Source: a virus
Taxonomy: Duplodnaviria > Caudoviricetes
Strand: one strand, 5' to 3'
Length of the DNA: 64,000 nt
IMG/VR virus record: IMGVR_UViG_3300031867_005677
Coordinates: 1-64,000 of that record
Part shown: in pieces, positions 39,413 to 48,245 of the stretch
How the letters are laid out: every line of letters starts with the position of its first letter
Numbering within the stretch: position 1 is the stretch's first letter
The notes under the pieces: model-generated
What the model saw: the letters and a program-made list of their open reading frames with translations, nothing else
Databases searched by the model: none
What the model was told of the DNA's origin: nothing
Made by a program: the position numbers and the translations under genes

Positions 39413-40241
39413 TATTTTCTTTTAAATTATTTAATATTTCATTTTCTATATCATCAAAATATCCATATCCATATTTCTTACAAAGTCTATATACCATCAA
39501 GAAATTTTCGGCCATCTTTTCCCAACGTTTATCTTGACCTTGGAATCTCTTATCTTCATCACCTGTATAGTATTTGTAATCAACTAATTTCTTATATCTT
39601 TCATAAGACAAATCACCACCACTTACATATTCAGCTAAAGCTGCATATTCTTTATATTGAGGCCAAAGTTTCTCATCAAGATATTTTCTAGCTTTAGCAC
39701 ATGATTGTACAATCTCTTTAAACTTCTTATTATTAGTTGAATATTTAATCTTTGGAAATATTATATTCTCTGGTGTCTCAACAATAGCAAAATCATTAAA
39801 CTCAATAAATTGATTATAAAATACTCTTTTGAAATTAATATTAAAAACACTTTCATCAATTTCTTTAAGCATTTTCTTAGTCAACTTTGAATCATCAATA
39901 TTCTCATTATCTTGGTGGGCACATACAAACTTAACGATATTGACAAAATCATCTTTAGTAATATTTCTATTTACTTGGGACTTAACTGAATTAAAACCAG
40001 TAATAGTAATTTTATCAGCAGTTGTACCAATAACACTCATTAGTTCAACACCCATATCTACTATAGATTGAATCTTATCAATCATAGACAAACTATCATT
40101 AATAAAACCATATTCGACATATTGGTCATACAATATTTTCAATGAATCAAGTCTTTTAAGATAATGGTCATATTCTGCCTTTGTCATCCATTTTTGAGTA
40201 CCACTCTTTAATGTAACTAGAATTTTTCCTTTTCTTTCCAT
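39405..40241 (-). CDS. hypothetical protein
   Basis: First gene after an early promoter. Confidence 0.75.
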   Translation of the reverse strand: MERKGKILVTLKSGTQKWMTKAEYDHYLKRLDSLKILYDQYVEYGFINDSLSMIDKIQSIVDMGVELMSVIGTTADKITITGFNSVKSQVNRNITKDDFVNIVKFVCAHQDNENIDDSKLTKKMLKEIDESVFNINFKRVFYNQFIEFNDFAIVETPENIIFPKIKYSTNNKKFKEIVQSCAKARKYLDEKLWPQYKEYAALAEYVSGGDLSYERYKKLVDYKYYTGDEDKRFQGQDKRWEKMAENFLMVYRLCKKYGYGYFDDIENEILNNLKENNG

Positions 40242-40269
40242 ACTATATATCTATTTAACATTCAAATAT

Positions 40270-40297
40270 AATATAGTATCAAATATATTAGATTCAA
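40270..40297 (-). promoter_or_regulatory. putative early promoter
   Basis: TTGAAT-N15-CTATATTATATTTG. Confidence 0.7.
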
Positions 40298-42169
40298 TTA
40301 AATAATGTTAATACGTTCTTGTAATTCTTTAGAATATTGTTCTTTTGTAGACATATAAAGATTCCAAAAACAAGCATCAAATATATATGTTACACACCAA
40401 TCACCATCATATCTAACTCCTCTACCAATACCTTGGATAATCTCATTAGATGTTGTTGAATTATACCACAATGGATAGAATTTGATTTTTTCTTTAACAT
40501 ATCTATCACCAAGACTTGGGTATGGAACTTTCATAATGATAATAAATCTACATTCATCACCAGGTAAATCAATACCTTCAGCCAAGGTTGGACCAACTAA
40601 TATTGTATTACTTGATATTTGGTGTAGCTTAATCATATTATTCTTTTCTCTTGATCCATTATAAACTAACATTCTTTGTTTAACTTCAAATGGTGCTTCC
40701 TCATATAATCTTTTTGCTATATCATAAGACCCAGTTTGAATAATACCACGTTGATCTTGAAATTTAGTCTTACAAATAGAATAGATAATTGTCTTTAAAT
40801 GATTAAATGATATATCTCGTTCTTTAAGAGACATCTTGAACTTGTTCAAAAAATGAACAGGTGACTCAGTAAAATCAAATGTAGAAGGAATAACTTCCAT
40901 TATCGATTTCTGATCTTGTGTATATGAGAATCCCATATTTTCATCGAATGCTTCGTGACCACCTATAGTTGCCGACAGCATCACTCTGAATTGGGCCTTG
41001 TTCAATAAATACTTATAGACTAAATAATCTTCTTTCAAACATCTAAACGTACATACAGGGCCTTCCTCCTTTCTATTATTAGGTGCTATCTCTTTTAATT
41101 GATAATCTTTTCCACAAAATTCAATAAGATCACAATATTCACCAAACTCAAGGGCATAATCCCAAAACCAATTAGATATACTAAACATATGTAAATCTTC
41201 TTTAGTGATATTCTCTTTATTGTTTTTTGCTAAAGTTATCTTATTACGAATATCATCACATACTGGAACGAATTTTTGAATTAAATGGTCATATTTCTCC
41301 CTATAAATCATATCTTCATCTTTTCGTGTTTCTGGATTACTTAATACTTTCCAACATTCATTAAATTGATTTATAATATCTTTTCTGGAAATATTCTTTA
41401 AAGCATTAGATGATCCATCCTCACCAAAAGTATCATTAAATAGATCTAATTCTGGTTTATTTACATAATCATAAATCTCTAATAATATATCTAAATCTTT
41501 TTCTTTAATATGGGCATGTACTCTTTGCTCAACTATACCTGGAATATTATGACACTCATCACAGAATATCACATCTCTATATTTAAATTGATAAGGATTA
41601 TTATCATCTGGATTAATCATCTTAAAAGTTTGTATAAATAACTGATATGTCATTAAACAAACCTTAGACTTAATTGCTTTTTTACGAGATTTAACATATT
41701 GGCATGTATGGGCACAATCATATCCATATTTTTGAATAGTATTTAAATTATACATAGATGCCCACGATAAACCGGCTAAAGTACAATCGGCTAAAGTAAT
41801 ATCTTCCCCATTCAACATACATTTATAATTACCAATCTTTCCTTTAAGCATAGCAATACCAGTTCTTTTATGTTTATTCAAAAAATCAGAATATTGCTCC
41901 CAAAGGAATAAATCACTAACTAAAATATATGAAGTAATATCAAAATAATCTGCTAATACACCCGCTGATATAATATTTATTAATGATTTACCAGATCCAG
42001 TTGGTGCTTCTACAACATAATTATGATTACCATGTGAAAGTATATTATCAATTATATTGACAATACATTCTAATTGGTATTGTCTAAATTCAAAATTTAT
42101 ACTAATCTTATCTTTTACCCATTCTTTAACATATGACGTGATTTGTTCTTTATTATATTTAATTTCCAT
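40298..42169 (-). CDS. DinG/Rad3(XPD)-like SF2 helicase
   Basis: EAPTGSGKS, DECHN, MLSATIGG, AEGIDLPGDECRFIIIMKVPYP, QGIGRGVR; Cys cluster (YKC..ADC..YDCAHTC) compatible with an Fe-S site. Confidence 0.9.
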   Translation of the reverse strand: MEIKYNKEQITSYVKEWVKDKISINFEFRQYQLECIVNIIDNILSHGNHNYVVEAPTGSGKSLINIISAGVLADYFDITSYILVSDLFLWEQYSDFLNKHKRTGIAMLKGKIGNYKCMLNGEDITLADCTLAGLSWASMYNLNTIQKYGYDCAHTCQYVKSRKKAIKSKVCLMTYQLFIQTFKMINPDDNNPYQFKYRDVIFCDECHNIPGIVEQRVHAHIKEKDLDILLEIYDYVNKPELDLFNDTFGEDGSSNALKNISRKDIINQFNECWKVLSNPETRKDEDMIYREKYDHLIQKFVPVCDDIRNKITLAKNNKENITKEDLHMFSISNWFWDYALEFGEYCDLIEFCGKDYQLKEIAPNNRKEEGPVCTFRCLKEDYLVYKYLLNKAQFRVMLSATIGGHEAFDENMGFSYTQDQKSIMEVIPSTFDFTESPVHFLNKFKMSLKERDISFNHLKTIIYSICKTKFQDQRGIIQTGSYDIAKRLYEEAPFEVKQRMLVYNGSREKNNMIKLHQISSNTILVGPTLAEGIDLPGDECRFIIIMKVPYPSLGDRYVKEKIKFYPLWYNSTTSNEIIQGIGRGVRYDGDWCVTYIFDACFWNLYMSTKEQYSKELQERINII

Positions 42170-42178
42170 AAATAAAAA

Positions 42179-42210
42179 AAATTACTATATTATTGTTAAT
42201 ATAGTAATTT
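42179..42210. terminator. 14-bp inverted repeat containing the CTATATTA promoter element in both arms
   Basis: AAATTACTATATTA-TTGT-TAATATAGTAATTT. Confidence 0.55.
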
Positions 42211-42227
42211 CTAATCATTTATATTAT

Positions 42228-42338
42228 TTAATTCTTATGTAAAATTGCAGCTATTTCACTTAATATAACTACTATCATAAGAAATAAAAAGAATGTTGTC
42301 CAAGGATATTCATTTATTACTTCATAAAATTCTCTCAT
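42228..42338 (-). CDS. small membrane peptide (36 aa)
   Basis: MREFYEVINEYPWTTFFLFLMIVVILSEIAAILHKN*, ATGA overlap with the upstream gene. Confidence 0.45.
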   Translation of the reverse strand: MREFYEVINEYPWTTFFLFLMIVVILSEIAAILHKN

Positions 42339-42964
42339 TTCTTTGGTACATTATATACGGTATCTACTTTCTTTTCACCACAATCCCAGGAATCCCAATA
42401 TTCACCATTAATAACAGTTACTTGGTGTTGACGTACATGAAGAATATAAGTGCCATAAGGATGAGACATAGCAAATTCATTTACTGTAATACGATCCTTA
42501 CCCTTAATATTTTTCTTATTGTACTTCTCATCAACCCAACAATTAAATTCCTCTGTAAGAACTTTCTCCGATACATATTGAATCATTGAAGAATTTTCTT
42601 TAGCTACCTTTGATGCAATATCAAATGCTTTATCCCAAGAAATTCCAAATGCTGCACAATATGAACGAAGTGTGCAATCTCCAATATTACGTGATTTTGG
42701 ATTAGGATTAAATTCATGCCAACGCTTATTACCTGCCATAAGTTTTACACAAGTAAGTTCATTATCCTTAATAAACTTAATAACCCCTTCATAATCCTTA
42801 TGGAATTTTATTTCTGGTTGGCCATTCTCAAAATATACAGTTACATTTTCTTCATTAATAACCAATGTAGCTTTATTTTCAAAATCACTATTAACTAATG
42901 AATATACTCCACTCTCAGAAAAATCAATAGCCGAATTTACATAAAAAGTTGTTTCTTTATTCAT
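42335..42964 (-). CDS. hypothetical protein with C-terminal GDCxxR domain (possible papain-like Cys-His-Asp fold)
   Basis: NPKSRNIGDCTLRSYCAAF...ILHVRQHQVTV.NG...DSWD. Confidence 0.4.
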   Translation of the reverse strand: MNKETTFYVNSAIDFSESGVYSLVNSDFENKATLVINEENVTVYFENGQPEIKFHKDYEGVIKFIKDNELTCVKLMAGNKRWHEFNPNPKSRNIGDCTLRSYCAAFGISWDKAFDIASKVAKENSSMIQYVSEKVLTEEFNCWVDEKYNKKNIKGKDRITVNEFAMSHPYGTYILHVRQHQVTVINGEYWDSWDCGEKKVDTVYNVPKK

Positions 42965-42966
42965 AA

Positions 42967-43212
42967 TTATCTATTTATCATTTTATTATACTTATCACAA
43001 ATTTTCTTACTTACTCTCCACATATCCATTAAAAAACATATAGGCCAAAATATAATTATAGATAACATTAAATCACATGCCATCCCTTCTTCAACTTCAC
43101 CTTTTAATTTTAATTTCTTATAGTCAGCTTTATAATATTTATACCAATAATAAATACAATAAATTATACCAACAATAAAATAAATTAATGCAATTAAATT
43201 TTTTGTACTCAT
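42967..43212 (-). CDS. small membrane protein
   Basis: Two hydrophobic segments. Confidence 0.6.
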   Translation of the reverse strand: MSTKNLIALIYFIVGIIYCIYYWYKYYKADYKKLKLKGEVEEGMACDLMLSIIIFWPICFLMDMWRVSKKICDKYNKMINR

Positions 43213-43296
43213 GCTATTATAAAATTTAATATAAACATTTTAATATTATATAATATAGTTATAATTGATCTAATAAATTTAACTATCCAAAATTCA

Positions 43297-43920
43297 TTAT
43301 TCTAAATATAATTTATTATCTATAATATATCTTTTAACTTCCTGATTAGTATAATCTAATACTTGAAGATTACCATTTTTATATTTTTCTCTAATATCAC
43401 TTGAATGGTAATCAAAATTTCCTTTGAGTTTAATTATTTTTGAATATTTACAATGTTTAGATAATTCATTTATATATTTTGAATTATCTTTAGAAGACAT
43501 CAGTATTAAGAATTTATTGTTTTTTAATAGTTGTTCGGAATTTACCCAAGCATTATTAACAATTTCTTCTAAAGTTTCACCAGTTATAATCCACCAAAAA
43601 TCATCTTTAATATAATCATCTTCATTAGAATGAAAATAATCGATTATCTCATATGTATAATTATGTTCAATACCATTTTCTATATCATCAATTAAAACTT
43701 GATTTTTATTTACTAAATTCATAAACATTAATTTACACATCTGATATCTATGATTAAATGGCGTTGATTTAGTTTTATTTGGATTTTGACTTGTTGGAAT
43801 TACATGAATTTTATCTATTCCAAATTTATCCATTAACTTTGAATCAATAACCGACTTAACACATTTATAATGACCTAAATGTGGTGGATCAAATGTTCCT
43901 AAAAATATTGCTTTACTCAT
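43297..43920 (-). CDS. nadD: nicotinate/nicotinamide-nucleotide adenylyltransferase
   Basis: IFLGTFDPPHLGH (HxGH), TPFNHRYQMC, YTYE, WIITGE, SSDIRE. Confidence 0.85.
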   Translation of the reverse strand: MSKAIFLGTFDPPHLGHYKCVKSVIDSKLMDKFGIDKIHVIPTSQNPNKTKSTPFNHRYQMCKLMFMNLVNKNQVLIDDIENGIEHNYTYEIIDYFHSNEDDYIKDDFWWIITGETLEEIVNNAWVNSEQLLKNNKFLILMSSKDNSKYINELSKHCKYSKIIKLKGNFDYHSSDIREKYKNGNLQVLDYTNQEVKRYIIDNKLYLE

Positions 43921-44188
43921 CTTTCATCGTTTGTTTTATATCTTCAATTATTTTACTTTTTATATTTGTATAAAGCATATTGTCTTTAAAAAATAATTTA
44001 TCTGTTATAAAATTACATACTTTTTTTATCATTTCTTCTCTCTCAATCTCCACAGCCCTTCTTGCCTGGTCAGGAGTGAGCCAATCATAGAAAATGTGGT
44101 TATGATTACATGTTTTATTATGGCAGTAACCTATTTCATTGCTACAATTCCTTGTACAGTCCTGTATGAATTTCTCTGCTCTACTCAT
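43913..44188 (-). CDS. hypothetical protein
   Basis: Intact ORF containing WLTPDQARRAVEIEREE. Confidence 0.6.
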   Translation of the reverse strand: MSRAEKFIQDCTRNCSNEIGYCHNKTCNHNHIFYDWLTPDQARRAVEIEREEMIKKVCNFITDKLFFKDNMLYTNIKSKIIEDIKQTMKDE

Positions 44189-44325
44189 CTTATATTAATT
44201 GAATTACTCTTTATATCAAATTGAATGACAGTTGCTTTAACCTTATTATTTGCAAATGTAACTTCACAATCAGGATAAATCTCTGCAAATGTATTCATTA
44301 ATTTTGCTACATCTTTAATATTCAT
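44185..44325 (-). CDS. small hypothetical protein (46 aa)
   Basis: MNIKDVAKLMNTFAEIYPDCEV...; ATGA overlap. Confidence 0.5.
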   Translation of the reverse strand: MNIKDVAKLMNTFAEIYPDCEVTFANNKVKATVIQFDIKSNSINIR

Positions 44326-44328
44326 AAC

Positions 44329-44727
44329 TTAATCATTTAATGCTTCATCAATTATTTCTTTAGTCTCTTTCTTGAATTTAAATCTTCGTTTCCCATTCTG
44401 AACTTTACGATCATATGTCAACATAGGCATACGTCTATGTTTTACACATCTATTATCAAAGCAATCACCATATTCACCATTAAAATCAACACCATACTTC
44501 TTAAATTCTCTTGTTAAATTATGGCGAACTGTTTTGTTAGGGTGCCTACTAAATTGCCTATTTAATTTATTATGATCATCCTCATTTTCTGTTGTATGTG
44601 AATAATCATAATTATAATTTTCTGTAGAATTCATTTCACCAAATATTGAATCTTTATACCCATTTGGAAATTCAATATTCTTATTAGCTTTTGTAATTTT
44701 ATATTTTGAAAAATAACTTTTACTCAT
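44329..44727 (-). CDS. hypothetical basic protein
   Basis: Intact ORF. Confidence 0.6.
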   Translation of the reverse strand: MSKSYFSKYKITKANKNIEFPNGYKDSIFGEMNSTENYNYDYSHTTENEDDHNKLNRQFSRHPNKTVRHNLTREFKKYGVDFNGEYGDCFDNRCVKHRRMPMLTYDRKVQNGKRRFKFKKETKEIIDEALND

Positions 44728-44729
44728 AA

Positions 44730-44981
44730 TTAAGAATTACAATAATAATTAATATCTTCTGCAAATCTTATAAATGCATCTTCATTCCCATGACAAATAT
44801 CATAAATTAAATCATCAACATTATCTTTATCAAATTCCATAATATCTGTATAGAAATTTTCTACAGAACGATTAAATCCCCTATCTCGTTCATAACATAC
44901 TTCAATTATGTTTACTAATTGTTGATGTGTAAATTGATGAGTTAATTTACTATTTAAGTCAATTATATCTATGATATTCAT
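44730..44981 (-). CDS. hypothetical protein
   Basis: Intact ORF. Confidence 0.6.
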   Translation of the reverse strand: MNIIDIIDLNSKLTHQFTHQQLVNIIEVCYERDRGFNRSVENFYTDIMEFDKDNVDDLIYDICHGNEDAFIRFAEDINYYCNS

Positions 44982-45186
44982 AATCTAATAATTCGTCTTC
45001 TAATTCCTTTTGTAATTGTTTACGTAATTTATTTTGACCTGCCTTACGAACATGACCAGATTTACGAGCTCTTCGATTACCATAAGGCTTATTCTCATCT
45101 CCCCATGAACCTCCTACAGGATATAATGAACCTTGCTTATAATTACAAGGCATACAATTATTTAATAATCTCTTCCCTGTTGACAT
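44959..45186 (-). CDS. hypothetical basic protein
   Basis: Intact ORF. Confidence 0.55.
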   Translation of the reverse strand: MSTGKRLLNNCMPCNYKQGSLYPVGGSWGDENKPYGNRRARKSGHVRKAGQNKLRKQLQKELEDELLDYEYHRYN

Positions 45187-45511
45187 TTTCTTTTAATTTC
45201 TTTACTTCATTTTTTAAATAATCAATTTCATTCTTAAACCATTTAATCCAAGCATATGCAATACCAAGGATAATAGCTCCACAAACCCATCTAAATTCAA
45301 CCAATTTATCTTTACTAATAAATGATGTAATAAGAATTGTTGAACTAATAAAACCTATTACAAAATCCCAAAATATACTAAATAAATACTATTTCTTCCT
45401 TTCATAGACTTTTATATATTTTTTATTTTGTTCTTGTCTTTTATTGGCTCCCCACATACTTTCTTGGGTATGTCTTAATGTTGAAGCAGAAAATGAAATT
45501 ATAGCTCTCAT
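45158..45511 (-). pseudogene. interrupted two-TM membrane protein (in-frame TAG at 45389-45391, or a 1-nt frameshift after ATG 45405)
   Basis: 40 codons, then TAG, then 76 coding-like codons (2 TM + coiled coil) with no ATG of their own. Confidence 0.45.
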
Positions 45512-45532
45512 AGTTATCCTAAATTATTTTTA

Positions 45533-46198
45533 TTACATCAAATTATCAGTATACTTTGAATTAAATTCTTTAAAATTATTATACCAGAATTCAATCAACT
45601 TACGCTTCCATTTTACAGGAGCATAAAGCTTTGTGGTCTTAGCATGATTAAATGCCCATTTATAATTATCAAATTCATCAACAGGAATCCATTTTACTAA
45701 ATCAACTTCATTCTCCTCACCACCTTCTTTCTTTACATAATGAGGAATAATCTTACCAAGGAAAGCTGTATGACGAATTGTTACATTTCCGTTATTACAT
45801 TCCTCAGGTTCAGTCTCAACATGTACAACTTTTAAATCATCGGTATCAATTTGGAATCCACATTCTTCAAGCATTTCACGAGCTATACCTTCCTTTGAAT
45901 TCTCATATCTCTCGAGGAATCCACAAACAGCATTCCAACATCCTTGATAATCTGGTGTACCAGGTCCTCGTAAATTAGCAAGAATTGAATATTTACCATT
46001 TACAATAGCATATACAAATCCCGATACTGCACAAAAACGACCACTAAAAACTGTCTTAGGTTTGCCTTTACAAGTATAATGAACATAATCATTTTCATTA
46101 CTTGTGGTGTCAATAACATCTGCTGGTAGCCAAGCCTTATATGGGAAATTTTTACCGTACTTTTCCAAACGTTCTTTATTAGGTCCTGTAAAAATCAT
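45533..46198 (-). CDS. Nudix hydrolase
   Basis: Complete Nudix box GFLERYENSKEGIAREMLEECGF. Confidence 0.92.
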   Translation of the reverse strand: MIFTGPNKERLEKYGKNFPYKAWLPADVIDTTSNENDYVHYTCKGKPKTVFSGRFCAVSGFVYAIVNGKYSILANLRGPGTPDYQGCWNAVCGFLERYENSKEGIAREMLEECGFQIDTDDLKVVHVETEPEECNNGNVTIRHTAFLGKIIPHYVKKEGGEENEVDLVKWIPVDEFDNYKWAFNHAKTTKLYAPVKWKRKLIEFWYNNFKEFNSKYTDNLM

Positions 46199-46240
46199 AT
46201 TTTTATTATATTTTATTTATTCAATATTTAATATAGTTAA

Positions 46241-47209
46241 TTACTTAGAATATTTTTCACGTGGAATAACAACTGGCAATCCTTTACGTTTATATTCAGT
46301 CCTCTTAATTCTATTAATAACATCATTAACAGTATGATAAGTTACTTCATTATTATCAATATCATATTTGTCTCGAAGTTCCTGAATTATCTTATCACGT
46401 TCATCTGGGAACTGTGTAACTGCATGAAGATATGTCTGAATAATATCATCTACCTTTGTATAAGCATCAACATTCTTGTCATGAACAAATGCAGGAGCAA
46501 TCTGACCCATATCACCAAAATCATTTACACCGTTACCATCAGTTGGACGAATACCAAGTGCATGATCCAAAGCCTTAATTTTATTACTGATATTCTCCAT
46601 TGCAACCTTGTCATCCATATAGTCAAAAGAATCTGGACTCATTGGATAATGATGTAAATCATGTTCATACTTATCACGAATATATTTTGCCAAACCATAA
46701 ATCTCATGTTTCCAAAGACCTCCAATAGGATTCAAATCACAAACATCTCCATGAATTGTAAAGAAACCAAGATAATGTTCAGTAAGATTATCCGTGTCCA
46801 TTACAAGACCTTTAGTATAATTTGCTAGGTCATAAAGATACATCATACGGAGACGAGCTTTAATATTACCAAGACCAATTGTCGTTGGAGAATGACGCTG
46901 AGAAAAACTAGCTTTCATAAATAAAAACTCCTTTTGAAGATTCTCAGTCCAATACTGTCCTTCCTTACAAAATGCTTTCATACAAGCGGTCGCAGAATTA
47001 TTTTCATCTATTGTATTTGATGTACAAGGAAGACTTATTCCATAGAACTTAAGTTCAGGATTTCTCTTCTCAACCTCATGACATATTGCCGCTGTCACAG
47101 TAGAATCAATACCACCAGAAATACCAAGAATCATAGCCCATACATTATTTGACTCCATGTAATTCTGAGTCTCCTTAATCATCGTATCAAAAATCTTTGC
47201 GTAATCCAT
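46241..47209 (-). CDS. nadE: NH3-dependent NAD+ synthetase
   Basis: LGISGGIDST, NIKARLRMMYLY, TDNLTE, GFFTIHGD, PIGGLWKHEIY; no glutaminase domain. Confidence 0.93.
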   Translation of the reverse strand: MDYAKIFDTMIKETQNYMESNNVWAMILGISGGIDSTVTAAICHEVEKRNPELKFYGISLPCTSNTIDENNSATACMKAFCKEGQYWTENLQKEFLFMKASFSQRHSPTTIGLGNIKARLRMMYLYDLANYTKGLVMDTDNLTEHYLGFFTIHGDVCDLNPIGGLWKHEIYGLAKYIRDKYEHDLHHYPMSPDSFDYMDDKVAMENISNKIKALDHALGIRPTDGNGVNDFGDMGQIAPAFVHDKNVDAYTKVDDIIQTYLHAVTQFPDERDKIIQELRDKYDIDNNEVTYHTVNDVINRIKRTEYKRKGLPVVIPREKYSK

Positions 47210-47210
47210 T

Positions 47211-47250
47211 TTTATTGTCTTTTATTTTCTTTTATTGTTCTTTATTATTT
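47211..47250. repeat. four tandem imperfect 10-bp units upstream of nadE
   Basis: TTTATTGTCT TTTATTTTCT TTTATTGTTC TTTATTATTT. Confidence 0.5.
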
Positions 47251-47445
47251 AAATTGTGGGAGTTTATCATATAGTTCTTTAATACAATCTTTAATTGAAT
47301 CTGCGAAATATTTGTTAAACTTGGGATAAATATATTTAATGGTATCATAAGTATAATATTCTTGGGTATCACACCCATCATAATATGCACCTAAAAAGAA
47401 ATTATCACAAGTTAAAATGTACCAAATTGCTTTTAATCGTTTCAT
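47245..47445 (-). CDS. hypothetical protein
   Basis: Intact ORF. Confidence 0.55.
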   Translation of the reverse strand: MKRLKAIWYILTCDNFFLGAYYDGCDTQEYYTYDTIKYIYPKFNKYFADSIKDCIKELYDKLPQFK

Positions 47446-47735
47446 AACTTAATGATTTTACCAGTCGACCAATCTGTTTCAACCTCATTAGGAAAATTTT
47501 CATCATGCATAGTACTTAGACTAAACAATGCTTTTCCAACTTCTGGGTGATATATACCTTCCTTATTAAACCAAGGGTCATTTATTGTAAACTTAATATA
47601 TTTGAAATGATAATTACCACAAGGAGTACCTTTAGTTTCTTTATCATCTTTAATATACTGTTCAATTGCATCTCTCATATATTTTTTATTAGAGAAGATA
47701 CCAAAAACCATTGAAGCACGAATTACTAAATACAT
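47442..47735 (-). CDS. hypothetical protein
   Basis: Intact ORF. Confidence 0.6.
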   Translation of the reverse strand: MYLVIRASMVFGIFSNKKYMRDAIEQYIKDDKETKGTPCGNYHFKYIKFTINDPWFNKEGIYHPEVGKALFSLSTMHDENFPNEVETDWSTGKIIKL

Positions 47736-47746
47736 AATAATTTATT

Positions 47747-47884
47747 TTAACGAAATTTCCAAAACTTAAATGTATAACTTGTAGTGGATTCACCCATTTT
47801 ATGAAAATACCTATCACCTTCACTATCTCTTTTGAGGAGTTCTTCAAGAATTTCAATTGTTGAAATTTTAGACCAATCTATCAT
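47747..47884 (-). CDS. small hypothetical protein (45 aa)
   Basis: MIDWSKISTIEILEELLKRD...; TAATTATG junction. Confidence 0.5.
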   Translation of the reverse strand: MIDWSKISTIEILEELLKRDSEGDRYFHKMGESTTSYTFKFWKFR

Positions 47885-47886
47885 AA

Positions 47887-48222
47887 TTAAATTAATTTAA
47901 GTTCAACTTCTTTCCAACCAAAACTATCACAAAAATAATATTTATTATCAATTTTAACAATATCACTTACAGAAAGAGAATGTCCATGAAAATCTTCTGG
48001 ATGATTAAGATTAAAAATCTTAAATATTTCTTCCAAAACTTCAATTATATCAGTAAAATTCTTAGTATTAATATCACCAGAATAAACTGATTTATAATTT
48101 TCAATATGAACATATTCACCTCTTTTCTTTAGTCTGTCAAGAGAAGTAAATGCATACTTACAATAGATTTCTTCTTCCTTTTTGTTATTAGGGAATGGGA
48201 TTTGATAAATTGTATATTTCAT
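47887..48222 (-). CDS. YodL-like domain protein
   Basis: YTIYQI, F.SLDRL, ENY..VY.G, LEEIF..FN..HPEDFHGHSLSVSDIV, YFCDSFGW. Confidence 0.85.
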   Translation of the reverse strand: MKYTIYQIPFPNNKKEEEIYCKYAFTSLDRLKKRGEYVHIENYKSVYSGDINTKNFTDIIEVLEEIFKIFNLNHPEDFHGHSLSVSDIVKIDNKYYFCDSFGWKEVELKLI

Positions 48223-48245
48223 ATTATTTCATTATTTACATATAT

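Noticed and set aside
45533-46198. Nudix gene as the NAD regulator NrtR
   Set aside because: The catalytic Nudix box is intact and there is no C-terminal winged-helix domain.
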